From: an uncultured delta proteobacterium
Lineage (GTDB): Bacteria > Desulfobacterota > Binatia > UBA9968
Assembly (NCBI GenBank): GCA_963727625.1
Contig: CAVSHR010000009.1
Coordinates: forward strand, 384,001-448,000
DNA length: 64,000 nucleotides
Direction: 5' to 3'
The first letter of the stretch is position 1, and each line of letters opens with the position of its first letter. Under the pieces are notes generated by a model. The model saw only the letters and a list, made by a program, of their open reading frames with translations, did no database searches and was not told where the DNA came from. The position numbers and the translations under genes are program-made. Positions 47,734-57,693 of the stretch are shown here, in pieces.

Positions 47734-49653
47734 TTACAATTGGCCGATGTAGTACGCTAACAGCGCCAGCGTGCCCACGAGGAAGCCGGCCACGTAGTGC
47801 TGCACATTACCGGTCTGCAGGCCGCGCCAGATCCAGCCGAGCCCGCGCACGGTGGCGGCGACCCCGTTTACCGTGCCGTCAATCGCCCAGGGATCGATAA
47901 AATAGGCGAAGAAACGCGCGCAGGCGGTAAACGGTCGCACGAAAACCCGGTCATAGAGCTCGTCGACATAAAATTTATTGAACGACAGACGATAGAGCAG
48001 GCCGCCGACGCCTTGCTCGACTCTTGCACCCGCCCTGGCATACCTGGCGTAAGCCAAGTATATGCCCGCCGCGACCACAGCCAGGGTCAGCAACGTCACC
48101 AGCAGCTCCGTGCCGAGCGAGCCGCGATGCGCTTCCGCAGCACCGAATAACGGTTGCAACCAGTGATCCCAGCGGCTGCCCCAGAGATATTCCGGCGCGC
48201 CCAACCAGCCGGTGAAAATCGAGCCGGCAGCGAGAATAATGAGCGGCAGCGTCATAACCGCCGGCGATTCGTGCAGATGAGCCTTGGCGTGATCGTCGGC
48301 ATGACAGTCGCCGTGAAACACCATGAACAGTTGGCGAAACATGTAAAACGCGGTCAAGCCGGCGGTCACCAAACCGATGCCCCAGAGTACCATCGCGCCC
48401 TGGCTGAAGGTTTGCCACAAAATTAAATCCTTCGAGAAGAAGCCAGCGGTGAAGGGTATGCCGGCAATCGCCAGGGTGGCGATCACATAGGTCCAATAAG
48501 TCTTGGGCAGGTAAGCCTTGAGGCCGCCCATCTTGCGCATGTCCTGCTCGCCGCCAAGCGCGTGGATCACGCTGCCTGAGCCGAGAAACAGGCAGCCTTT
48601 GAAAAATGCATGAGTAAAGACGTGAAAGATCGCCGCGCTGAACGCGCCCATGCCGACGGCGAGAAACATATAACCGAGCTGGCTCACCGTCGAATAGGCG
48701 AGGACTTTTTTAATATCGTTTTGAGTCAGCGCGATGGTCGCGGCGAGGATTGCCGTCGCCGCGCCGATCCAGGCAATCAGCGCCAATGTCGCGGGCGCCA
48801 GGCTGAAAAGAAAATGCAATCGCGCGGCCATGTAGACGCCGGCGGTGACCATAGTGGCGGCGTGAATCAGCGCGCTCACCGGCGTCGGTCCGGCCATGGC
48901 GTCGGGCAGCCAGACGAACAACGGGATCTGCGCCGATTTGCCGGTGGCGCCGACGAAAAGCAAAAGGGTAATCAAGCCGATCATCGACGGGCTGAGCAGC
49001 TGCACATGCTTTTGCAGCTCGGCAAAATCGAGCGTCCAGATGCCCTGGCGGCCGAGTTCGGTGACAAGCAGAAAAATCCCCAAGATAAAACCGAAATCGC
49101 CGATGCGATTGACAATGAATGCCTTGTTGCCGGCGATCGCATTGTTGGGATCCTGATACCAAAAACCGATCAACAGATAAGAGCACAGGCCGACGCCTTC
49201 CCAGCCGACGAACAGCAACAACAAATTATCGCCCATCACCAGCACGAGCATGAAGAAAATAAACAGATTGAGATAGACGAAAAAACGCACACTGTCGTCG
49301 TCATGACCCATATAACCGAGGGAATAAACGTGAATGAGAAAGCCGACGCCGGTGACGATCAGCAGCATGACCGCGGTCAGGGCGTCGACTGCGAAAGCTA
49401 GGTTTACCTGGAAGGCGCCGGACTCGATCCAGGTGTAAACCAGATCGCGGTAAACTCCTGTCGAGGGCAATTGTAAGAAAACGTAGAAGGCGAGCGCGAA
49501 CGATGCGCCCACCGCAGCGCAGGCCAAGGCGCCGGCGCGCTGGCGGCCCAGCATCCGGCCGCAAAAAAGATTGACCACGCTGCCGAGCAGCGGGATCAGC
49601 GGGATCCAGCGCAAAAGATCGTAGGTTGCCGCGCCCGGCTCGGAAGCTACCAT
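47734..49653 (-). CDS. nuoL: NADH-quinone oxidoreductase subunit L
   Basis: GWEGVGLCSY; GKSAQIPL..WLPDAMAGPTPVSALIHAATMV. Confidence 0.95.
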   Translation of the reverse strand: MVASEPGAATYDLLRWIPLIPLLGSVVNLFCGRMLGRQRAGALACAAVGASFALAFYVFLQLPSTGVYRDLVYTWIESGAFQVNLAFAVDALTAVMLLIVTGVGFLIHVYSLGYMGHDDDSVRFFVYLNLFIFFMLVLVMGDNLLLLFVGWEGVGLCSYLLIGFWYQDPNNAIAGNKAFIVNRIGDFGFILGIFLLVTELGRQGIWTLDFAELQKHVQLLSPSMIGLITLLLFVGATGKSAQIPLFVWLPDAMAGPTPVSALIHAATMVTAGVYMAARLHFLFSLAPATLALIAWIGAATAILAATIALTQNDIKKVLAYSTVSQLGYMFLAVGMGAFSAAIFHVFTHAFFKGCLFLGSGSVIHALGGEQDMRKMGGLKAYLPKTYWTYVIATLAIAGIPFTAGFFSKDLILWQTFSQGAMVLWGIGLVTAGLTAFYMFRQLFMVFHGDCHADDHAKAHLHESPAVMTLPLIILAAGSIFTGWLGAPEYLWGSRWDHWLQPLFGAAEAHRGSLGTELLVTLLTLAVVAAGIYLAYARYARAGARVEQGVGGLLYRLSFNKFYVDELYDRVFVRPFTACARFFAYFIDPWAIDGTVNGVAATVRGLGWIWRGLQTGNVQHYVAGFLVGTLALLAYYIGQL

Positions 49654-49949
49654 TTGAGTAAGTGCATCTCCTGCGGATCAAGGCTCTGGCGGTGGCGGAA
49701 GACTGCGATAATGATCGCCAGGCCAATGACGGCTTCAGCGGCGGCGACGGCCATCACGAAAAACACCGCCACCTGACCTTCCATCGAGCCGAGAAAGCGG
49801 GAAAAGGCGATGAAGGTCAGGTTCACCGCGTTGAGCATCAATTCGATGGACATCAAAACGACGATCAAATTGCGGCGGATCAGCACGCCGATCACGCCGA
49901 TGGCGAACATTGCCGCGCTCAGAATCAAATAATAGTTGAGCGGCACCAT
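49647..49949 (-). CDS. nuoK: NADH-quinone oxidoreductase subunit K
   Basis: RRNLIVVLMSIELMLNA; AAAEAVIGLA. Confidence 0.95.
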   Translation of the reverse strand: MVPLNYYLILSAAMFAIGVIGVLIRRNLIVVLMSIELMLNAVNLTFIAFSRFLGSMEGQVAVFFVMAVAAAEAVIGLAIIIAVFRHRQSLDPQEMHLLKW

Positions 49950-49954
49950 TGGCG

Positions 49955-50449
49955 TCAGTGCTCCCGCTTCGCCAGCACCACCGCGCCGACGATCGCCACC
50001 AATAACAATACCGAGGCGATCTCGAAGGGCAGCACAAAATCGTTAAACAGGCTCTTGGCCAACATCTCCGGGCTGCCGAAGATGTTGGTGGCGGCCACCG
50101 GGTCGCCTGCCGTTTCGGTTTTGCTAAACATCGCGACGAGCAGACCGCCCAGCAGCAAAGCCAGCAAACTGCCCAGACTCCACCAGGCCGGCCGGCGCTG
50201 TTCCGGCGTGGTCGGATTGAGAAGCATGATCACAAAAAGAAACAACACCATGATGGCGCCAGCGTAGACCATGACCTGAAGCACGCCGACCATCGGCGCT
50301 TGCAACGTGACGAACAACACTGCGACGATTAACAACGCCGCCACCAGCGCCATGGCGCAGTGGACCACGTTGCGCAGGTAAACCACCAGCAGCGAAGAGA
50401 GCAGCAACAGGCCGGCAAGAACGAAAAAAATCAGCGTTGAAGCATCCAT
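49955..50449 (-). CDS. nuoJ: NADH-quinone oxidoreductase subunit J
   Basis: QVMVYAGAIMVLFLFVIML; PFEIASVLLL. Confidence 0.95.
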   Translation of the reverse strand: MDASTLIFFVLAGLLLLSSLLVVYLRNVVHCAMALVAALLIVAVLFVTLQAPMVGVLQVMVYAGAIMVLFLFVIMLLNPTTPEQRRPAWWSLGSLLALLLGGLLVAMFSKTETAGDPVAATNIFGSPEMLAKSLFNDFVLPFEIASVLLLVAIVGAVVLAKREH

Positions 50450-50461
50450 GACAACGATACT

Positions 50462-51592
50462 TTACTGCGCGGCGACGATCACAATCGCCGTAACCACGAC
50501 ATTGAATAGCGCCAGCGGCAGGAGCATTTTCCAGCCCAGGCGCATGACCTGGTCGTAGCGAAAGCGCGGCACGCTCCAGCGCAGGAGTATTTGCAGCCAG
50601 CAGAAAAAAAGCACTTTCACGGTAAACGCGCCGACTTGCAAAACGACCACGCCAAGCTGCGGCAGGAGCCACTGGCCGCCCCAGGGAAAATGAAAACCGT
50701 CGCGCAGCAGATAAGGCACCTGCCAGCCGCCGAAGAACAGCGTGACGACCAGAGCTGAAACGGTGACGATCTCGGCGAATTCCGCGGCGAAAAACATGAG
50801 AAATTTGCCGCCGGAATATTCGACGTGGTAGCCGGCGACGAGCTCCGATTCGCCTTCCGGTAAATCGAACGGGATGCGCTTGGTCTCCGCCACCGCCGCG
50901 GTGAAAAACAACAAAAACGCCAGAGGCTGGAGAAAAATTCCCCAGGCGGGCAGCCAGCCGACCAGCGGCTGCAATAACCCCAGCCACTGCGGCAGCAAGT
51001 CGCGGATCAAAGTGCCCTGGCCGCGGGCGATCTCCTGCAAATCCAAGGTGCCGTAAACCATCAGGATACCCATCACCGAGAGCCCCATGGCGACCTCGTA
51101 GGAGATCATCTGCGCCGATCCTCGCACGCCGCCGAGCAAGGAAAATTTATTATTCGAGGCCCAGGCGCCGATGACGATGCCGTAAACACCGAGGGAACCC
51201 ATCGCGAAGACGTAAAGAATCCCGACGTTGATATCGGCGACTTGCAGATTGATCACGCGGTCGCCGAGGTTGAGAACGTCGCCGAAAGGAATCACCGCGA
51301 AGGTCACCAGCGCCGGAAACAGCGCCATGCAGGGCGCCAGCGTGTGGAGCAATTTGTCTCCCGCCGGCGGAATAAAATCCTCTTTAGTAAGAAACTTGAG
51401 CGGGTCGGCGATCAGCGTGTTCACCAGGCCCAAACCGGCGAAGCCGAAGATGGAGGCGCGGTTGGCGCCGATGCGATCTTGAATCAGCGCGCTGCCCTTG
51501 CGTTCAATCCAGCCGAGCACGCCGGCCAGATTGAGAACCATAAAGACAACCAGAAACGCTTTCGCCGCGATAATCGCCAGGTCAACGATCAT
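50462..51592 (-). CDS. nuoH: NADH-quinone oxidoreductase subunit H
   Basis: ERK...IQDRIG; PFDLPEGESELVAGYHVEY; PRFRYDQ. Confidence 0.95.
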   Translation of the reverse strand: MIVDLAIIAAKAFLVVFMVLNLAGVLGWIERKGSALIQDRIGANRASIFGFAGLGLVNTLIADPLKFLTKEDFIPPAGDKLLHTLAPCMALFPALVTFAVIPFGDVLNLGDRVINLQVADINVGILYVFAMGSLGVYGIVIGAWASNNKFSLLGGVRGSAQMISYEVAMGLSVMGILMVYGTLDLQEIARGQGTLIRDLLPQWLGLLQPLVGWLPAWGIFLQPLAFLLFFTAAVAETKRIPFDLPEGESELVAGYHVEYSGGKFLMFFAAEFAEIVTVSALVVTLFFGGWQVPYLLRDGFHFPWGGQWLLPQLGVVVLQVGAFTVKVLFFCWLQILLRWSVPRFRYDQVMRLGWKMLLPLALFNVVVTAIVIVAAQ

Positions 51593-53178
51593 GATGCTCC
51601 GCCACCGCCGCTTCCCAATGAAATCCCCTGATCGCCGATGGAGTCAAAGTCGATACCTTTGTACACCGGAACTTCCCGCGCCAGGGCGGAAAAAATTTCT
51701 CCGGGAGTCGAATAGTCATTGGGCTCTCCGGCAAGTTTCAATAACCGCATGAAGATATCGCTGTCCTGTAGAGCGCCATCGGGCGCGATCACCGCCGCGT
51801 TGAGTTTTTGCAGCCGCCCCTGGCGATTGGTGTAGGTGCCGTCCTTCTCGCCGAAATGCGTCGCCGGCAAAACCACATGGGCCAACTTGGCGGTTTCGCT
51901 AAGTTTGGTATCCTGCACGACCAGGAAAGAAAGTTTTTCCAGCGCCGCGCGAACTTTTCCCGGCTCGGCCGCGGTCGCGAGCAAATCTTCGCCGACCACG
52001 TAGGCCGCGGAAAAATTTCCACCGATGAGCTTTTCCATCAGCGCGGCAAAACCGCCGTCGGAACCGACGCCCATGTCGCGCGCGCCGCGGAAGTTGGGCG
52101 AGCGATCCGGACTCATGAGAATTTTTTGCACCTCGGTCAGCTGGCGCTCCTGATAATATACCTGCAAAGCACCATCGGCCGAAAACTTTCTGCCAAGCCA
52201 AGCGAACAGATAGGCTTCTTCGTTGGTGTTTCTACCGGAGAGAATCCCGGCCACGGGCTTGGTCGAAGTCAGGCCGGTCAACGCCGCTTGCAGCGCTTGC
52301 TCCCAACTCGCCGGCACCAAGCCGCCCTCGTGGCGGATCATCGGCGTGGTCAAGCGCTCGCCGCCGGCGAGATCGTGAAAGCAGTAGCGCCCCTCATCGC
52401 AGATCCAGTGGCTGTTGACCGCTTCATTGATGCGCGGCTTAAAGCGCGCGATGCGGTTCTGGTAGCTTTCAACGCTGATATTGCAGCCGGTGCTGCAGCC
52501 GGGGCAGATCGACGGGGTTTTCTGCAAATACCAGACCCGCACTTTAAAACGGAAGTCGCGGTCGGTGAGCGCGCCCACCGGGCAGATGTCGACGACATTG
52601 GCCGATAGCGGATTATCGAGGACGGCGTCGGAGAATAAGGAGATCGTCGAGTGATCGCCTCGATTGATCACCGCCAGCTCGTCGGTCTTGGTGATCTCCT
52701 GGCAAAAGCGCACGCAGCGCGTGCATTTGATGCAGCGCTCGCCGTCAAAGACGACGTTGGGACCAAAAATTGTTTTCTTCCGATCATGCACCTTGCCGAC
52801 TTCAAAGCGGCTCTCCTGGCGGTCATGCTGCATGTAATAATCTTGCAGAAAGCACTCGCCGGCCTGATCGCAAATAGGGCAGTCCACCGGGTGATTGATC
52901 AGGAGAAATTCCAGCACCGCTTTGCGCACCGCCAGGACTTTCGGGCTTTGCGTGAGGATGCCCATGCCTTCGGCCACCTGGGTGTTGCAGGCGATCTGCA
53001 GCTTGGGCATTTTTTCGATCTCGACCATGCACATGCGGCAATTGCCGGCGATGGAGAGCTTGGGATGGTAGCAGTAGTGCGGAATCTGCACCCCCACCTC
53101 GGCCGCCGCCTGGATGACGTTTTTACCCTTGGTGGTGACGACTTCCTTGCCGTCGATGATGATTTTTACCGGGTCCAT
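51589..53178 (-). CDS. nuoG: NADH-quinone oxidoreductase subunit G (short, 529 aa)
   Basis: N1b (CYH...CRMC...C), N5 (HPVDCPIC...C), N4 (CIKCTRC...C) and N7 (CPGCSTGC...C) motifs. Confidence 0.92.
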   Translation of the reverse strand: MDPVKIIIDGKEVVTTKGKNVIQAAAEVGVQIPHYCYHPKLSIAGNCRMCMVEIEKMPKLQIACNTQVAEGMGILTQSPKVLAVRKAVLEFLLINHPVDCPICDQAGECFLQDYYMQHDRQESRFEVGKVHDRKKTIFGPNVVFDGERCIKCTRCVRFCQEITKTDELAVINRGDHSTISLFSDAVLDNPLSANVVDICPVGALTDRDFRFKVRVWYLQKTPSICPGCSTGCNISVESYQNRIARFKPRINEAVNSHWICDEGRYCFHDLAGGERLTTPMIRHEGGLVPASWEQALQAALTGLTSTKPVAGILSGRNTNEEAYLFAWLGRKFSADGALQVYYQERQLTEVQKILMSPDRSPNFRGARDMGVGSDGGFAALMEKLIGGNFSAAYVVGEDLLATAAEPGKVRAALEKLSFLVVQDTKLSETAKLAHVVLPATHFGEKDGTYTNRQGRLQKLNAAVIAPDGALQDSDIFMRLLKLAGEPNDYSTPGEIFSALAREVPVYKGIDFDSIGDQGISLGSGGGGAS

Positions 53179-53261
53179 GTTTCAAAGAGACGATAATCTA
53201 GGACGGATGATGGACGATCGTTTCCTTGCCAGCCTCAATCCTCTATTCTCCATCCTTGTTT

Positions 53262-54530
53262 TCAATGGGCCACCGTGCACCGCTTCTCTGCGATGTGCGC
53301 TTCGAATTCGCCGCGAAACTTGCGGATGAATGCGCCCGGCGGCCAGGCGGCGGCATCACCGAAGGGGCAGATCGTGTTGCCCGCGATGTTACCGGCGACG
53401 TTGAGAATCAGGTCTAAATCACCTGGTTCGCTCTGCCCGTATTCGATCCGGTGCAGAAGCTTCTCCATCCAGTGGCAGCCTTCGCGGCATGGGCTGCATT
53501 GGCCGCAGGACTCGTGCGCGAAAAATCGCGAAAGGTTCAACGCGGCTCGCACCATGCAGGTCGTTTCGTCCATGACGATGACGCCCCCCGAGCCGAGCAG
53601 GCTGCCCGCTGCCTGAACCGATTCGTAGTCGAGGTTCACTTTGTCAATTTCGTCGGGAAGCAGCACGGGCATCGAACCGCCGCCGGGAATGACCCCTTTG
53701 AGTTTTTTGCCGTTAGGCACGCCGCCGCAATCTTCTTCGAGAAATTTTTTTAAGGGATAACCCATTTCGAGTTCGTACACGCCGGGCCGGGCGATATGGC
53801 CGCTGACGCTGAAAAGCTTGGTCCCCTTGCTTTTTTCCGTGCCCAGCGCCGCATAGGCCGCCGCGCCCCGTTCGAGGATCCAGGGCAGCGTCGCGAGCGT
53901 CTCGACGTTGTTCACCACGGTCGGACAACCGAATAGTCCGTGGGTAGCGGGAAACGGCGGCTTGACCTTGGGCCATCCGCGGCCGCCTTCGAGCGAGGAA
54001 AGCAGACCGGTCTCTTCGCCGCAGATATACGCGCCGGCGCCACGGTGGACGATGAGATCGATGTCATAGCCCGAGCCGAAAAGATTCTTGCCGATATAGC
54101 CGGCCTCCACGGCTTCGGCGACGGCCTGCTCCAAACGCCTGGCGCCAAAGACCATTTCGCCGCGGATGTAAATGAACGCCGTGTGCGACTGAATCGCATA
54201 AGCGGCGATCAGCGTGCCCTCGATGATCGCGTGCGGATCCTGCTCGATCAGCAAACGGTCTTTAAAAGTTCCCGGCTCGCTTTCATCGGCATTGCAGACG
54301 ACGTATTTGGGCTTGGGGTTGTCCTTGGGCACGAAGCTCCACTTCATGCCGGTGGGAAAGCCGGCGCCGCCCCGGCCGCGCAGCCCGGAGGCTTTCACTT
54401 CATCGATCAACTGCTCCGGCTTCACGCTCTCGACGACTTTCTGCCAGGCGCGATAGCCGCCGCGCGATTGGTAAGTCGCCAGCCTATGCGAGTCGGCAAC
54501 GCCGATATTACGGAGCAGAAGCTTTTCCAT
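53262..54530 (-). CDS. nuoF: NADH-quinone oxidoreductase subunit F
   Basis: GRGGAGFPTG; GAGAYICGEET; ESCGQCSPCREG. Confidence 0.95.
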   Translation of the reverse strand: MEKLLLRNIGVADSHRLATYQSRGGYRAWQKVVESVKPEQLIDEVKASGLRGRGGAGFPTGMKWSFVPKDNPKPKYVVCNADESEPGTFKDRLLIEQDPHAIIEGTLIAAYAIQSHTAFIYIRGEMVFGARRLEQAVAEAVEAGYIGKNLFGSGYDIDLIVHRGAGAYICGEETGLLSSLEGGRGWPKVKPPFPATHGLFGCPTVVNNVETLATLPWILERGAAAYAALGTEKSKGTKLFSVSGHIARPGVYELEMGYPLKKFLEEDCGGVPNGKKLKGVIPGGGSMPVLLPDEIDKVNLDYESVQAAGSLLGSGGVIVMDETTCMVRAALNLSRFFAHESCGQCSPCREGCHWMEKLLHRIEYGQSEPGDLDLILNVAGNIAGNTICPFGDAAAWPPGAFIRKFRGEFEAHIAEKRCTVAH

Positions 54531-54546
54531 GAAACCTTAAAAGCAC

Positions 54547-54612
54547 AATGGAGAATTGAAAATTGACAATGGAGAATGCGTTATCCATTTTCCAGTATCG
54601 ATTATCCATTGT
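54547..54612. repeat. Tandem-inverted 7-nt-unit hairpin between nuoE and nuoF
   Basis: aatggag aattgaa aattgac aatggag ... cattttc cagtatc gattatc catt. Confidence 0.65.
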
Positions 54613-54614
54613 TT

Positions 54615-55088
54615 TCACTTCATCGCATCGATAATCTCGTCAATTCTCTCTTCCGTCAAATTTTCAAAATAATCGTCATTCACTTGCATCATCGGTGCCG
54701 TGCCGCAGGAAGCCAGGCACTCCACTTCGCTCAGCGTAAAGCGACCGTCCGGGGTCGTCTCGCCGGGCTCGATGCCGAGCTTTTGCTTGAGCAGTCCGGT
54801 GACTTTCTCCGCGCCGCGCAGCGCGCAGGGCAGCGTGCGGCAAACCTGAATATGATGCCGGCCGATGGGCTTCATGTTCAACATGGTGTAAAAGCTCACC
54901 ACGCCGTGCACCCGCGCCGGCGGCTGGCCCATCAGCTTGGCGATATATTCGATCGCTTCGAGCCCGAGATGGCCGAACTCCTGCTGCGCCAGATAGAGCA
55001 CCGGCAACATCGCCGCTTCCTTTTTCGGATAGCGCGCCACCGTCTCCTCGAATTTCTTCAGCGTCTCGGGTGAAAATTCCAATGCCAT
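54615..55088 (-). CDS. nuoE: NADH-quinone oxidoreductase subunit E
   Basis: VCRTLPC; ECLASCGTAP. Confidence 0.95.
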   Translation of the reverse strand: MALEFSPETLKKFEETVARYPKKEAAMLPVLYLAQQEFGHLGLEAIEYIAKLMGQPPARVHGVVSFYTMLNMKPIGRHHIQVCRTLPCALRGAEKVTGLLKQKLGIEPGETTPDGRFTLSEVECLASCGTAPMMQVNDDYFENLTEERIDEIIDAMK

Positions 55089-55096
55089 TCCCTTTA

Positions 55097-55163
55097 GGAC
55101 TGAGAACTGAGCGCCGAGGACTGAGTTTTGGGTTTTAACTCAGCACTCAGTCCTCGGCACTCG
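55097..55163. repeat. Tandem-inverted 7-nt-unit hairpin between nuoD and nuoE
   Basis: ggactga gaactga gcgccga ggactga ... ctcagca ctcagtc ctcggca ctcg. Confidence 0.7.
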
Positions 55164-55171
55164 TTACTTTT

Positions 55172-56362
55172 TTAGCGATCGCACTCCCCGCCGATCATGT
55201 TCACCATGCCGAAGGTCGGAATAATATCGGCGATCATGTAGCCCTTGATCATTTCGTGAAACGCGCCCATGGCGATGAAGCAGGGCGGCCGCACGCGCAT
55301 GCGGTAGGGCCTGCCGCCGCCGTCGCTGACGATATAAAAGCCCAGCTCGCCGTTGCCGCCTTCGACGGCGGAATAGGTCTCGCCCGCCGGAACCTTGATG
55401 CCATCCATGATGATTTTGAAATGGTGCATCAGACCTTCGATGCTGCCGTAGACCTTTTCTTTCTCCGGCAATACGAAGCGCGGATCGTCGATCCACACCG
55501 GCCCCACCGGCAACCGTTCCAGAGCCTGTTCGACGATCTTCATGCTCTGCTCGATTTCCCGCAGCCGGCAGACAAAACGATCGTAATTGTCGCCCTTGCT
55601 GCCCACCGGCACTTCGAAATCGAGCTGGTCATAAACAAGATAAGGGAAAGCCTTGCGCACATCGTAGCTCACCCCGGTGGACCTCAAGATCGGGCCGCTC
55701 AAGGAGTAACTCAAAGCAGTTTCCTGGGAAATCACCCCAATGTTGGAGACGCGGTCGAGAAAAATCCGGTTGCGCGATAGCAAACGATCGCAGTCGTCGA
55801 GCAGCCGGCGAATCGTCTTGAAAGCCTGTGTGACCCGCTCGGTGAAATCCTGCGGCAAATCATGCTTGACGCCGCCGATGCGCACGTAAGTCACGGTCAG
55901 CCGGGCGCCGGTCAGCCCCTCGACGATGCGAATAATAAGCTCGCGCGCCTCGATCATGTAGAAGCCGGCGGTAATCGCACCCAGCTCCGACGATGCCATG
56001 CCGCAGCAGGTCAGGTGGTCGTAAATCCGCGCCAGCTCGCTGATGATCACCCGGATATATTGGCAGCGCGGCGGCGTTTCCGCGCCGATGAGCTTTTCCA
56101 CCGCCAGCGCGTAGCCGACGTTGTTGATCAGCGACGAAGCATAATTGAGCCGGTCGGTGTAAGGGATGACCTGCGTCCAGGTCGCCTGCTCGCAGCTTTT
56201 GTCGAAGCCGCGATGGAGAAATCCGACCTCGACGTCGCAGGCAAGGACCTTTTCGCCTTCTAGCTTGAGATTGAATTTAATGGTGCCATGGGTCGCCGGA
56301 TGGGACGGTCCCATCTGCAGTTCCATAATTTCCGGTGGCAGTTCTTGGTTCCCGGCTTCCAT
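55172..56362 (-). CDS. nuoD: NADH-quinone oxidoreductase subunit D
   Basis: GPSHPATHG; GFLHRG; YTDRLNY; GELGFY; GECDR. Confidence 0.95.
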   Translation of the reverse strand: MEAGNQELPPEIMELQMGPSHPATHGTIKFNLKLEGEKVLACDVEVGFLHRGFDKSCEQATWTQVIPYTDRLNYASSLINNVGYALAVEKLIGAETPPRCQYIRVIISELARIYDHLTCCGMASSELGAITAGFYMIEARELIIRIVEGLTGARLTVTYVRIGGVKHDLPQDFTERVTQAFKTIRRLLDDCDRLLSRNRIFLDRVSNIGVISQETALSYSLSGPILRSTGVSYDVRKAFPYLVYDQLDFEVPVGSKGDNYDRFVCRLREIEQSMKIVEQALERLPVGPVWIDDPRFVLPEKEKVYGSIEGLMHHFKIIMDGIKVPAGETYSAVEGGNGELGFYIVSDGGGRPYRMRVRPPCFIAMGAFHEMIKGYMIADIIPTFGMVNMIGGECDR

Positions 56363-56378
56363 AAAATTCGGCCAAACG

Positions 56379-56942
56379 CTAGGTTTTGCTCCCCAGGGTT
56401 TTTTTCAAGCGCAGCAACTTGTTATGCGAGCGTTCGTCGACGAAGGTGCCCTCCACCTGGCGCTCGGGCACGCGCGGCTGGCAGAGGTTCACGGGATAAT
56501 CCTTGCGCAGCGGATGCCCCTGGAACTCGTCGTAGAGCAAAACCCGTCGCAGGTCCGGATGATCGATGAAGCGGATGCCAAAAAGGTCCCAGACCTCGCG
56601 CTCGAGAAAATTGGCGCCGCGCCAAAGCGGCGTCAGCGATTCCACCGCCGGATCGTTCTCGGGCACCGGCACGCGCAAACGCAGGCGGCGGTGCTGGCTG
56701 CGCGAGACGAGCTGATAGACGACTTCGAAGCGCGGCTCTTTTTCCTTCCAGTAATCCACCGCGGTAATATCGGACAGAAAGTCATATTCGAGCTGTTTGT
56801 CCTCTTTGAGCAGACGGAAGCTGTCGCGCAATCCGGTCCGCTCCAGCATCAACACGTCGTCGCCCTGAGCTTGCACGACCTCAAGCAGCCGTGCGCCGAG
56901 TTGTTGCTGGATAGTGACAATATGGGGGCTTGGCTCCGGCAT
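56379..56942 (-). CDS. nuoC: NADH-quinone oxidoreductase subunit C
   Basis: EREVWDLFGI.F..HPDLRR; GHPLRKDYP. Confidence 0.95.
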   Translation of the reverse strand: MPEPSPHIVTIQQQLGARLLEVVQAQGDDVLMLERTGLRDSFRLLKEDKQLEYDFLSDITAVDYWKEKEPRFEVVYQLVSRSQHRRLRLRVPVPENDPAVESLTPLWRGANFLEREVWDLFGIRFIDHPDLRRVLLYDEFQGHPLRKDYPVNLCQPRVPERQVEGTFVDERSHNKLLRLKKTLGSKT

Positions 56943-56948
56943 GTAAAA

Positions 56949-57305
56949 TCAATCCCAGTCCAGCGCGCCTTTTTTCCAAACGTAGACATAGCCGATGGTA
57001 AGAATGACGAGAAAAATTCCCATCTGCACCAAACCGAAGATTCCCAGCTGGCGAAAGTAGATCGCCCAGGGATAGAGAAACACCACTTCCAGGTCGAAAA
57101 TCAGGAACAACATGGCGATCAGATAAAAACGCACCGAAAACGGCATGCGGGCGTCGCCTTTCGGAGGATTACCGGACTCGAACGGCTCGGACTTTGCGGG
57201 GTTGGTCGATTTCGGGCCTAACTTGGTTGCCAGAGTGAGCAACGCGAGGACCACCACCGCTGCCAGTGCGAAGATAACCAGAAGCGGGAAATAGGGATCG
57301 TTCAT
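56949..57305 (-). CDS. nuoA: NADH-quinone oxidoreductase subunit A
   Basis: PFESG; FYLIAMLFLIFDLEVVFLYPWA; KGALDW. Confidence 0.95.
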   Translation of the reverse strand: MNDPYFPLLVIFALAAVVVLALLTLATKLGPKSTNPAKSEPFESGNPPKGDARMPFSVRFYLIAMLFLIFDLEVVFLYPWAIYFRQLGIFGLVQMGIFLVILTIGYVYVWKKGALDWD

Positions 57306-57457
57306 GAATTATCGGCCATTAAAAAAAAACCATACCCCGTCGGCAAGAAAAGGTATGGTATAAATTTCAGTCAAATCAACAGGATTACTAATTTTTCTAT
57401 GGGAAATTCGGCAGCTTGTCAAGGTAACGGACTATATGGTGGTGGTTCCGTTATTTA

Positions 57458-57528
57458 AAGATATCTCACTTCGTTCGAGATAATAGCTTCGTTAATTTGC
57501 TGTCATTCCGAGCGGCAGCGAAGAATCT
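57458..57528. repeat. REP-like miniature palindromic element
   Basis: agatatctcacttcgttcgagataa ... gtcattccgagcggcagcgaagaatct, resembling the common GTCATTCCGAGCG..AGCGAGGAATCT repeat. Confidence 0.45.
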
Positions 57529-57693
57529 TTCTCCCTGAAAAAAGTAGTGTGAAGTCAACCTGAACCATTACCGACCGCACATGCATGCGCCGGATGGAGT
57601 AAATTCCGCGTTGACGATGGAGTCCGGCCGGTGCTAAGCGTCAGCCATTCGCTCAGCCGACTCGCGCTGGCGAAGTTTTTAAACGGAGGCTAT

